A stretch of DNA of 64,000 nucleotides, from positions 4,412 to 68,411 of the forward strand of contig URLJ01000005.1 of assembly GCA_900548675.1 (NCBI GenBank), written 5' to 3'. The notes beneath the pieces were generated by a model that was not told the DNA's origin, did not search any database, and saw nothing but the letters and a program-made list of their open reading frames with translations. Positions within the stretch are counted from its first letter, which is position 1, and each line of letters begins with the position of its first letter. Made by a program: the position numbers and the translations under genes. Shown piece after piece: positions 1 to 8,688 of this stretch. Source of the stretch: an uncultured Mollicutes bacterium (GTDB taxonomy: Bacteria; Bacillota_I; Bacilli_A; ML615J-28; CAG-313).

Positions 1-1859
1 GACATATTGCAGTTTATCTCGGCTATATCATTGCATTCAACACCAAAATTCGTGTATATAAATTCAGATATTTTTTTCTTTGTAGGGTTCTGATACACTA
101 AAAAGAAATCATTAAATATCTTTTCTTTTGCATTTTTGTCTATTAATGATCCACCTATGCGTAATTTATTTAGATATTGTAAACAATTATATTCACTAAA
201 TAATAAGGACATTTTTGGCAAACAGTAATCAGTTGGTCCTTGAAGATAAGTACATTTATTTTGCATTCTTTTAATAAAATTTGTTGCTGAAGCATCGATA
301 TTTATTACTTCGTTGAAATTCCATGGTCTTATTGGGTCTGGTTTTCTTTCTAGCCAACTAAATTGATTATTATTGGCATTCGAAAGAGGTCCTACATAAT
401 ATGGAATATGGTATTCAAATATCGATACTATTCTTTCTATTCTTGTTAAACCATTTTCTTTTTCTAATAAAAAAGGATGGTATTTGGCTTGTTTATTCAA
501 AATAATTCGTAATTCATATAAATTAAGTTGCATTGGTATAGTAGTATTTTGGCCACTATTTTGTTTTGGCAAAAAATCGCCATTATCAATTTTTTCAATA
601 ATTCTATTAACACTCTCTTGAGCTTCTACATCCTTTATTTCTGCTAATAGTTTTTTTATATATTCTTCAAATTTTTCCTTAGAACAATGACCAAATCTCT
701 TTATTTCACCATTAGAAGAAACACCACCTACATACTTAGAATAATTTGCTTTTTTTTCATCATTATATTCTTTGAAACATTCCTTGTATTTTGCAAGAGG
801 TAGATATGTTTTTATTACTCGTTTCAATTCTTTCAAATCCTTTTGGTGCTTATCGTATGTATTAACCATAGCATTACTAATTGATTCATTGCATTTCTTA
901 GTTTCATCATTTACACCTAATAAATCTAAAAGGTAATAATAGTCCGTAATTAATTTGATGTTATCAACATAATCAAATATTCTTGATAACTCCCTAATCG
1001 TTTTTTTGTTCTCTGTTATTTTTTCTTGTATCTCTTCGTCATCCAATTTGATTTCAGAAGTTTGATAGTTCTCTTCTTTTACAAACGCAAAGTTTTTTGG
1101 ATTAGTTTTACCATAAATAAGCAACTTAATTAAGAGTTCATTCGCAAGTGTCTTCTTCTCCACACCCATTAGTTCTCTTAACTGGTTTTCACGGTCAGAT
1201 TTTGAGCCCTTAGTTAGCATTATATTTTGTAATGTATTATAAAAATTATGTTTTTCAATATCAATGATTTGAAAATATTCTTCATCGTCTTCATATTGAT
1301 TAGCATATTCTTTCAATTCATCGTTGAAGTTTTCAAATATTTCTCTTACTATTTCTGAGTCAGAAGGATTAAATGTTTCTCCTTCATTCAAAAAATGACC
1401 ACGATATTTAATAATGTGATGAATAGCTAAATATAATTCTCTAATATCAGCTCTTTCTTCTTTTTCAAGTAATGCTTTTCTTAAATGGTAAATTGTTGGA
1501 TATTTTTCAAAGTAATCTTTATCAGTATAATTATCATCAAAAAAGGTATATTTATTTTGTAATCTTTTATCTTCTATTTTATAAAATGAATCATTCAATC
1601 TTTGAAAAAAGTTTTCATCTTGCTTTTCAATTTCATTTTTAAATTCTTCTTGTAACCACTCAATTCTTTGTCTTCTTCTTCTAAGTCTTCTTCTTGAGGA
1701 ACGGTTTGTTCTTCTCTCGGCTGCAGTTTGCGCTTCATCAAACATCCTAACACCCCAAAATCTAAAACCATTCTTCTTTACTATTTCCCCATTTTCATCT
1801 ACTAGAGCCCATCCTATTGAGTTAGTCCCTATATCCAATCCTAAATTCAATTCTTTCAT
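1..1859 (-). CDS. cas9: Cas9 (type II CRISPR endonuclease), N-terminal ~620 aa; C-terminus lies beyond the window start
   Basis: Reverse-strand translation starts MKELNLGLDIGTNSIGWALV (RuvC-I motif), continues ...YPTIYHLRK...IKYRGHFLNEG...IPYYVGPL...RKPDPIRPWNFNEV, collinear with SpCas9-like proteins. Start ATG at 1857-1859. The ORF track omits it because no stop falls inside the window. Confidence 0.9.
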   Translation of the reverse strand, partial: MKELNLGLDIGTNSIGWALVDENGEIVKKNGFRFWGVRMFDEAQTAAERRTNRSSRRRLRRRRQRIEWLQEEFKNEIEKQDENFFQRLNDSFYKIEDKRLQNKYTFFDDNYTDKDYFEKYPTIYHLRKALLEKEERADIRELYLAIHHIIKYRGHFLNEGETFNPSDSEIVREIFENFNDELKEYANQYEDDEEYFQIIDIEKHNFYNTLQNIMLTKGSKSDRENQLRELMGVEKKTLANELLIKLLIYGKTNPKNFAFVKEENYQTSEIKLDDEEIQEKITENKKTIRELSRIFDYVDNIKLITDYYYLLDLLGVNDETKKCNESISNAMVNTYDKHQKDLKELKRVIKTYLPLAKYKECFKEYNDEKKANYSKYVGGVSSNGEIKRFGHCSKEKFEEYIKKLLAEIKDVEAQESVNRIIEKIDNGDFLPKQNSGQNTTIPMQLNLYELRIILNKQAKYHPFLLEKENGLTRIERIVSIFEYHIPYYVGPLSNANNNQFSWLERKPDPIRPWNFNEVINIDASATNFIKRMQNKCTYLQGPTDYCLPKMSLLFSEYNCLQYLNKLRIGGSLIDKNAKEKIFNDFFLVYQNPTKKKISEFIYTNFGVECNDIAEINCNM

Positions 1860-1891
1860 AGATTCCTCCTTTATCTTTTAAAGTCATTTTC

Positions 1892-1920
1892 TTGACATAT
1901 CTTTCTTCATTTGATATACT
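1892..1920 (+). promoter_or_regulatory. Near-consensus sigma-70 promoter (TTGACA, 17 nt, TATACT) reading away from cas9
   Basis: TTGACA at 1892-1897, a 17-nt spacer, TATACT at 1915-1920. Confidence 0.55.
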
Positions 1921-1926
1921 ATTAGT

Positions 1927-2000
1927 GTATTTAGCATACCGAGTGCAAATAAGCATTATGTGCGATACTACATGGAGGCTGGTGTCAGCCTATTTTTTTT
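1927..2000 (+). ncRNA. Candidate tracrRNA / small RNA (~74 nt) divergent from cas9
   Basis: Predicted start is ~7 nt after the -10 box. It ends in a hairpin (AGGCTG-GTGT-CAGCCT, 1976-1991) followed by ATTTTTTTT (1992-2000). The internal segment AGCATACCGAGTGCAAATAAGCA resembles the anti-repeat/nexus part of the S. pyogenes tracrRNA (AGCATAGCAAGTTAAAATAAGGC). Upstream and opposite-strand placement relative to cas9 is the type II-A arrangement. The CRISPR repeat is not in the window, so the anti-repeat pairing is untested. Confidence 0.4.
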
Positions 2001-2509
2001 AGTCTTTTTTTGATTTTTACCTTTCTAGTTAATACACATTCGAGACTAACATGGAACTGTTTTTGTAAAAACTCTTCATCAAAATCAATAAACTCCGAAG
2101 GTATAAGAATTTGTGCAGCAAATTCATTTGCCTGCCAATCGATATTTTCATATGATTTACATTCATCTACTTCAACAAAATCGAAGTCTAATATCATTGC
2201 TTGAATAAAATGAAATAATTCATGACATAATGTAAAAGCTGATCTATATATGCCTTCTTCGTACTCATTAATAACTGATTCTTTTATATATATAAAATTT
2301 TCTTTTGGGTTATATATCGCAATAGTTGATTTATCGAGCATTTCATCATCGTCATTAATTATTTGATAAGATAAATATCCCTTTTCAAATAAATCATCAA
2401 TTACTTCTAAGACAGGAAAATAACTGTCTTTTTTTATTTCATAATACGCTCTAAATGTTTCAGCAATTTTTTCAATATCACGTACGCTTAAAGGATTAGT
2501 TTTTATCAT
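1985..2509 (-). CDS. ImmA/IrrE-family zinc metallopeptidase (HEXXH)
   Basis: HELFH motif (LCHELFHFIQ), ~170 aa, overlaps the upstream XRE gene by 14 nt; this is the classic ImmR-ImmA arrangement. Confidence 0.7.
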   Translation of the reverse strand: MIKTNPLSVRDIEKIAETFRAYYEIKKDSYFPVLEVIDDLFEKGYLSYQIINDDDEMLDKSTIAIYNPKENFIYIKESVINEYEEGIYRSAFTLCHELFHFIQAMILDFDFVEVDECKSYENIDWQANEFAAQILIPSEFIDFDEEFLQKQFHVSLECVLTRKVKIKKRLKKIG

Positions 2510-2855
2510 TTTCTAGCACTTCCCTTAATTTTTCTATTAGGTCTTTATCTGCGTTTTTTATTTTTCTTGCAAATAACAGTGTTATTTCTTTTTGGCTTTC
2601 GTTCATTTTTGAAAGTTCTAATGAAACTTTTTCATTAGTTTCTTGTATTACTTCTAACAATTCGCTTTTTTCATTTTCAGTTAAATTATATATATCTGAA
2701 ATTTTTTCTGCATAATTAAGAGGTATGTTTTTTCGCCCTACTTCCATGGCAGATAAAAAAGCAGCACTGATATCCATTTTTTTTGCCATATCTCTAAGTG
2801 AGTCATTTTCTTTTTTTCTTATTGTTCTAATATACTGTCCAAATTTACTTAACAT
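2496..2855 (-). CDS. XRE-family HTH transcriptional regulator (ImmR-like)
   Basis: N-terminal HTH (YIRTIRKKENDSLRDMAKKMDISAAFLSAME), 119 aa, translationally coupled to the ImmA-like gene. Confidence 0.75.
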   Translation of the reverse strand: MLSKFGQYIRTIRKKENDSLRDMAKKMDISAAFLSAMEVGRKNIPLNYAEKISDIYNLTENEKSELLEVIQETNEKVSLELSKMNESQKEITLLFARKIKNADKDLIEKLREVLENDKN

Positions 2856-3024
2856 TTAAATCACCATTTTAATTTTACACTATATTAAATTTATTGTCAA
2901 CTATTTTGGTTTACACTTCGCTATATTTTGACAAATATCAACATTTATAACCATTCCCATAAATAAAAAAGTTTTGTAATAAGCATTTTATTACAAAACT
3001 TTTATTTAATATATAAACTATTTT

Positions 3025-3774
3025 TTACAATTCTTTCAACAACTTTTCAAAAGCATTTGCATTTAGAATTGTATTTGAGACAAAGTTTCCTTTATAAAAA
3101 TTGGCCCAATTATTAATTACGCAAGGGGCATTTTTAGCTTTTTCTAAAGAATCAATTTTTACAAAATTTAACTTGATGTTATTATTTTCAGCAAATTCTG
3201 TTAATTCTTTTATTTCGTATACTACATATGGACATTCATTTGTGTAATAGATAGTAAAGTCATTGCTATCTATTTTCATAAGTTTCGCGGTAGAAGAAAA
3301 CTTTGGAGTTTCGTTATTATCAAATGATAATGCCAAAAGTTCATAATCACATATACTATCTACTACTTTAAAACCAAAGTGTTCAAAGAATTTCTTTTCA
3401 CCCAAAAATGGTTTTTTCTTTTTCGAGCTTAAAGTACAAATACCACTCATTCCTTTTTTCTTGGCATCTTCTATCGCATATTCTAACAATTCTTTGGCGA
3501 TACCTTGTCCCTTAAATGATCCTGCTACCCATAAACAATATATATATAAATAGTTTGCACCATTTACTGGAACCCACGCTGATGATAAGGGTTCATATTC
3601 GATAAAAGTTTTCCCTCTAGCATTTAGCTTTCTGAAAACATGTCCATTAGATAATTTGTCTTTTAACCATTCTTTTTTTGCTTCCACCCCTGTTTGGTGC
3701 TTTTTATCACCGATAGCACAACAGATATGTTCATTATCGATATTCTCTAATGTTAAATTAATATATTCATTCAT
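3025..3774 (-). CDS. GNAT N-acetyltransferase with YoaP-like C-terminal domain
   Basis: GNAT acetyl-CoA motif (VAGSFKGQGIAKELL). Likely start at MNEYINL (3774), which has a GGAG RBS; the ORF track extends to 3810. Confidence 0.65.
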   Translation of the reverse strand: MNEYINLTLENIDNEHICCAIGDKKHQTGVEAKKEWLKDKLSNGHVFRKLNARGKTFIEYEPLSSAWVPVNGANYLYIYCLWVAGSFKGQGIAKELLEYAIEDAKKKGMSGICTLSSKKKKPFLGEKKFFEHFGFKVVDSICDYELLALSFDNNETPKFSSTAKLMKIDSNDFTIYYTNECPYVVYEIKELTEFAENNNIKLNFVKIDSLEKAKNAPCVINNWANFYKGNFVSNTILNANAFEKLLKEL

Positions 3775-4287
3775 TTTAATAAATCTCCACTTATATTTCT
3801 CAAGATACAAGTTAATTATATCATTTTATGATGCTTTTCGTTAGTTTTATGATTATGTTTTAGAAAAATAGTTATTTTTAATTTATCATATTTTAAATTA
3901 TATTCCTTTTAAAAAAACTTCTTTAGTCATTTTACATAATTAATAAGTTATATAATTGGTATAACCTAACTTTAAATATGTTTATCTTGTGTTAAATCCT
4001 TTAAATTTGATTTCTTAGATTTTCTTATAATCAGAACAATTAATAATTATTTCGTTTATCTACCTTCCTTACTTTCAATTGCTAATTATTTAGTTAATAC
4101 TTTCGTTAATATTACTTTTTAAAAAAAGCGGTGGCAATAGTGTCACCGCGAATAATGATTATAAATTTACTTTTCTCCCTTACCTTTATTATTATTGGTT
4201 TCTGCAAACATGCATTGATTTTCAACAAATTTTTTTATAAATTTTCCTTTGGTTACACTATAGGCTATCATAGGTTACCTCCGATTG

Positions 4288-5115
4288 TTATATTATTTTA
4301 TTGCTTTTTTCTTTATTGCATCTCTTACATAATGTTTGTAAATTTTCATATGTTGATTTTCCACCTTTTGAAATCGGATAAATGTGATCTATTTCAAGAT
4401 ATTCTGGATTATATCTTCTATGACACATTCTACATCTATAACCATCTCTTGCATAAATAGAAAATCTCATTTTGTTAGAAACTTTTGCTCTTTCTACGCA
4501 GCATAAAGAATCCCATATTTCTCTATTATTATAAAACCTACCATTTCTATCATTCAATAAATCTATTGTATGGCAAACTTCATATTCACCAAAGGAACAA
4601 CTTTTCCTAGATATTAATCTTCCACCCATATTAACATAACAAAGTATAACATCCAACTTAAATTTTGTTATCGGCTTCAATTGTCTAGTTTTAACTAACT
4701 CTTTTTCAATGCTTATCAATTTATTTACGTTTAATTTTACAGAGTCAATATCAAATAAACCAAATTGTATATTTTTAATATTGTTTAAATACTCAGTGTA
4801 CATATACTGATTATTATTTGCTTTATTAATAACATCTAAATATAATTGCCTATTATTTGGAAACTGCAAATCGTAAACTAAATAATTATAACAAGATACA
4901 CTATCGTACATTTTTTCATTATCATACGTATGAGTTAATTTGGGATTATTAACTACTTCAAAACGATAATTCTTATTAAGTTTAGTTATTTCTTTAATAG
5001 CTTTGCTGTGTGTTTTAACAAAATTATAATATCGTGTGTGAAATAAATAATATGATACTACGATGACTACATTAACTATGATAATAGTCATTACAAATAA
5101 TAGAAACCAAAGCAT
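4288..5115 (-). CDS. Membrane-anchored HNH endonuclease-domain protein
   Basis: N-terminal TM helix (LLFVMTIIIVNVVIVVSYYLF). C-terminal HNH (CRMCHRR...LEIDHIYPISKGGKSTYENLQTLCKRCNKEK). Confidence 0.7.
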   Translation of the reverse strand: MLWFLLFVMTIIIVNVVIVVSYYLFHTRYYNFVKTHSKAIKEITKLNKNYRFEVVNNPKLTHTYDNEKMYDSVSCYNYLVYDLQFPNNRQLYLDVINKANNNQYMYTEYLNNIKNIQFGLFDIDSVKLNVNKLISIEKELVKTRQLKPITKFKLDVILCYVNMGGRLISRKSCSFGEYEVCHTIDLLNDRNGRFYNNREIWDSLCCVERAKVSNKMRFSIYARDGYRCRMCHRRYNPEYLEIDHIYPISKGGKSTYENLQTLCKRCNKEKSNKII

Positions 5116-5687
5116 CTAATCAACCTCCTTCAAATTTATTATACTTTTTTAAATAATGTCTTAAGAGTATCATCTTTTCTTTTCCGATATTCTTTCAGCA
5201 TTTTTTCAAAAAACTACAATTTTTACCTATTATATACATATTATAACATTATTTTTTCTACAACACAAATAAAATTTTTCAAAATAACATATTTTTATAT
5301 AAAAAAACTATGATTATTTCAAAACACATCATAGTCATAATTAATTTTTTCAAAAAAAGTTACTTAGATTATTTAAAAACATTATTTATTGTTGTATATT
5401 GAATATTCCATACATTTTTCGCTTTTTCATCTATATTCGTGTATAATCTAAACTGAAATATTAAATGAACAGTTTAGATAAAAACACGATTTTTTTATTT
5501 ATGATATACTTTTATTGAAGTTATATCAGCTTCATTTAATATTTTATTATACCATATAGTTTTTTTGATTCAATCCAATCATATTCCAATTTACTCTAAG
5601 AACCTTAGAGTTTTTGTTTTTTATCCATTTTTTTAATTACTAAATTAAAAGAGGACACTTAAGTCCTCCATTAGTTTGATATATTAA

Positions 5688-7007
5688 CTAGTTTAATGTA
5701 TGGTCAAATTTATAGATGTACCCAAATTCATCTACTAATTCAAATGAGTATCGCTCTCCTAAATAAACTTGTTTAGAACTTATCTCAGGACCAACTTTTT
5801 TTATGATGCAGTAGATAGTTTCTTCTTGGACACCTTTGAATTTATTTTTGAATTCTCCCAAAGTAGAAAAATTTGTTTCTTTAACTAATTGGTTGTTAGC
5901 ATCATATTCATATATTATATATTGTTTTGGTGAATACTCATGAACAATATTTAATTGATAATTCATTTTAGTGCTGTAACTAGGATACTTTACATCTTTA
6001 GAGTTTTTTAATTTTTCACTTATTACATACCCACTCACATCTATTTTTGTAGTTTTAGAAAATAATTGTGGTTCTACTGATTGAACCAGTGTAAAACCTT
6101 TTTCTGAGTTATCGATTACAAATATGTTCACTTTTTTATTCAGTAAAACCCTAATTACTAATTCAATATCAATACTTACAACTCCATTATCGTTTTGAAG
6201 AAAATCATAATGATAATCAGCAAAATAATTATGTACGACAAGGGTTTGATTATAGTCACTACCAAGTGCAATTATATAGTATGGGTATTCGTCATCGCTA
6301 GGTTTATCAAATCTATCATTATTGTCCCATGAAGTACCCCAAAGAGGAATACTTGTAGGACTAGTATCATTTAGTGTAATTACAAAACCATATATAACAT
6401 AATCATCTAAATATTCTTCAATAACTATAAGTTTTTCAAAACTATACTCTTTATGTGTCACATTATACATTCCCGAAAGTTTAACATAATATCCTTTTTT
6501 TAAAAAATTGTAGTTAATCTCGTTGCCATATCTATCTAGTTTAAATTTTAATTGATTCCAAACCACTTCATATTGATTCAAACTATCAGACACTATTACC
6601 TTATCGCTTTCTATTTTCACAATTTCTCCACGAGTACTAAAATCTTGAAAAATAGGTTTTTCATTATTTATCCTATTAACTCGCCCAATTATGAATAAAA
6701 TTACAAATGTCAAAATCAAAATTGAAATTGCTCCAACAATTATTGTGATTTTTAAATGTTTTTTATTGTGTTCAACTTCTTGATTATTCTTAAGCGTAAT
6801 GCATTTTATTTCTTCTTCAGTAATCAAATCATTAACCGCCAATCCAAAAGTCGCCGCAATATTATTAAGCATATCAATACTTGGAATACCTCTATTTTGT
6901 TCCCATTTAGCAATTAATGATCTTGAGACAAATAGTTTGTTCGCCATTTCTTCTTGAGTAAGATTATTATCTACTCTAATTTTTTTTATTTTTTCATAAA
7001 ACTTCAT
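5688..7007 (-). CDS. Membrane-bound XRE-family HTH regulator with large extracytoplasmic domain
   Basis: N-terminal HTH (LTQEEMANKLFVSRSLIAKWEQNRGIPS), a single TM (ITIIVGAISILILTFVILFII), then ~330-aa unknown domain. Confidence 0.65.
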   Translation of the reverse strand: MKFYEKIKKIRVDNNLTQEEMANKLFVSRSLIAKWEQNRGIPSIDMLNNIAATFGLAVNDLITEEEIKCITLKNNQEVEHNKKHLKITIIVGAISILILTFVILFIIGRVNRINNEKPIFQDFSTRGEIVKIESDKVIVSDSLNQYEVVWNQLKFKLDRYGNEINYNFLKKGYYVKLSGMYNVTHKEYSFEKLIVIEEYLDDYVIYGFVITLNDTSPTSIPLWGTSWDNNDRFDKPSDDEYPYYIIALGSDYNQTLVVHNYFADYHYDFLQNDNGVVSIDIELVIRVLLNKKVNIFVIDNSEKGFTLVQSVEPQLFSKTTKIDVSGYVISEKLKNSKDVKYPSYSTKMNYQLNIVHEYSPKQYIIYEYDANNQLVKETNFSTLGEFKNKFKGVQEETIYCIIKKVGPEISSKQVYLGERYSFELVDEFGYIYKFDHTLN

Positions 7008-7498
7008 AAGATAGTTTCCTCCTCGTCAGTATCATTATATTGTATAACTTATATATATTCAAGATACTATTTGAAATGATACGATTTATATCATTATATA
7101 GTTATTAGCTACATTTCAATTTTATCAAATTGTTTATATTTTTTTAGTATTTTAAATAAGAAATAATGTATTTTCGCAAACACTTTAATAAAAGTTAGTA
7201 TTTTTTCAAAATTATTTTAAATCATTGCGTTGAAGTATTTCAAATTACATTAAACATTAAAAACAGGAACCAGTTTGATTTACTGAATCCTGTTATTTAT
7301 TAAAAATTCTTATTATTTGGTATGATTCATTCTATAATTTGATTTTGCAAATGATATATAAGTTTTTATTGATATTATTAAACTTTAATACTTTATCTTT
7401 TGAATTTGATACTATACTTTTTCAATGATTAATAAAACGAATTACAACATTTTTTCAAATATGTAATTTTCTAATTAGGAAATAATAAATGAAGTTTT

Positions 7499-8098
7499 TT
7501 AGCTAATTTTAGTAAGAAGCGGTAATAAAGCTATTCCGACATCAACGCTTTTATCAAATATCCATTTACCAATATTTTTTAATTTCAACCATTTTTTCTC
7601 TTTTGTATCTTTTGATTCTAAAATCGTCTGGATGAGTTCAATTTGATTTTTTATTTCTTCTTTTTCTGCATCCGTCATTTGTAAACCATCAATTTTATTA
7701 ATAGCCTCTGAATAAATATTTCCATTATTTATAATATTATTATTCCCATAAATATTATAATTGGTCGTACTAGGGATTCTTGTATTTTCTTCAGTTGAAA
7801 AATTATTTTCACATATATCAGTAATATGCATTTCCAATACTTTAAGGTTTTTTAAAAGTATGGACTTGTCGTGAATTAATGGTTCATCGCAGTTCACATA
7901 TGTATACACATTCCTAGTTTCTGATAGTTTAAATGATGCAACAGACTTACCATTTTTAACATTACTCGATCTTTTGGTATAAAATTCTGCTATAGGCATG
8001 TATTCATCACCTATTTTATTAATAATGTTTTGGTCGCTTTCATTTTCTAGTTGTTTGATTAATTTTTGAACTTTTATTAAATTATCATTATGTAACAT
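7499..8098 (-). CDS. Hypothetical protein with C-terminal hydrophobic tail
   Basis: 199-aa ORF. No recognisable motif. Confidence 0.4.
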   Translation of the reverse strand: MLHNDNLIKVQKLIKQLENESDQNIINKIGDEYMPIAEFYTKRSSNVKNGKSVASFKLSETRNVYTYVNCDEPLIHDKSILLKNLKVLEMHITDICENNFSTEENTRIPSTTNYNIYGNNNIINNGNIYSEAINKIDGLQMTDAEKEEIKNQIELIQTILESKDTKEKKWLKLKNIGKWIFDKSVDVGIALLPLLTKIS

Positions 8099-8361
8099 TT
8101 TCTTCTCCTATTAACTTATATATAATCGTGAGTAATTCATTTCATTTTTCAAAATGTACATAAATATTATATCATAAATTAAATATTTTTAACTGAATTA
8201 ATGATTACAATGTTTTAGTTATTTAACTTTGATAATTACGTAACTATTCTTTCTAACTCTTAAGACTATAATCTATATGTTACTAAATTTAATATGACTA
8301 CAGTAATAATATTATTTCACATTGTTAGCATTTTTAAAATTGTTAAGAATTTTTTAAAAAG

Positions 8362-8396
8362 AAAAAGCTGATACTTTTTATTGTATCAGCCTATCT
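8362..8396 (-). terminator. Rho-independent terminator of the helicase operon
   Basis: GCTGATAC/GTATCAGC 8-bp stem followed by a T-run when read on the minus strand, just downstream of the helicase stop. Confidence 0.55.
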
Positions 8397-8688
8397 ACGT
8401 ATCATGTGTAAGATTAGCTATTATGATGCAATTTGCGTACACCCCTTAAAAAGTGCGTACAGTCTGGCAAAATTTATGTACACTTATTTTGCTTATCTTA
8501 ATCTCTACTTTATGCCAAATAGTTCTTTGAGTAGTGTAACGCTCTATTTATGAATTCTTTCCCATATTCAGATAATAAATCGCATAATTTCAAAAATTAA
8601 GCATTCCTCGATTTTTTTGTCTGTCGTTTAGATCAAGTATATAATAATACTTTTTTTCCTTTTCTAAATTTTTATACTCATTATATTG

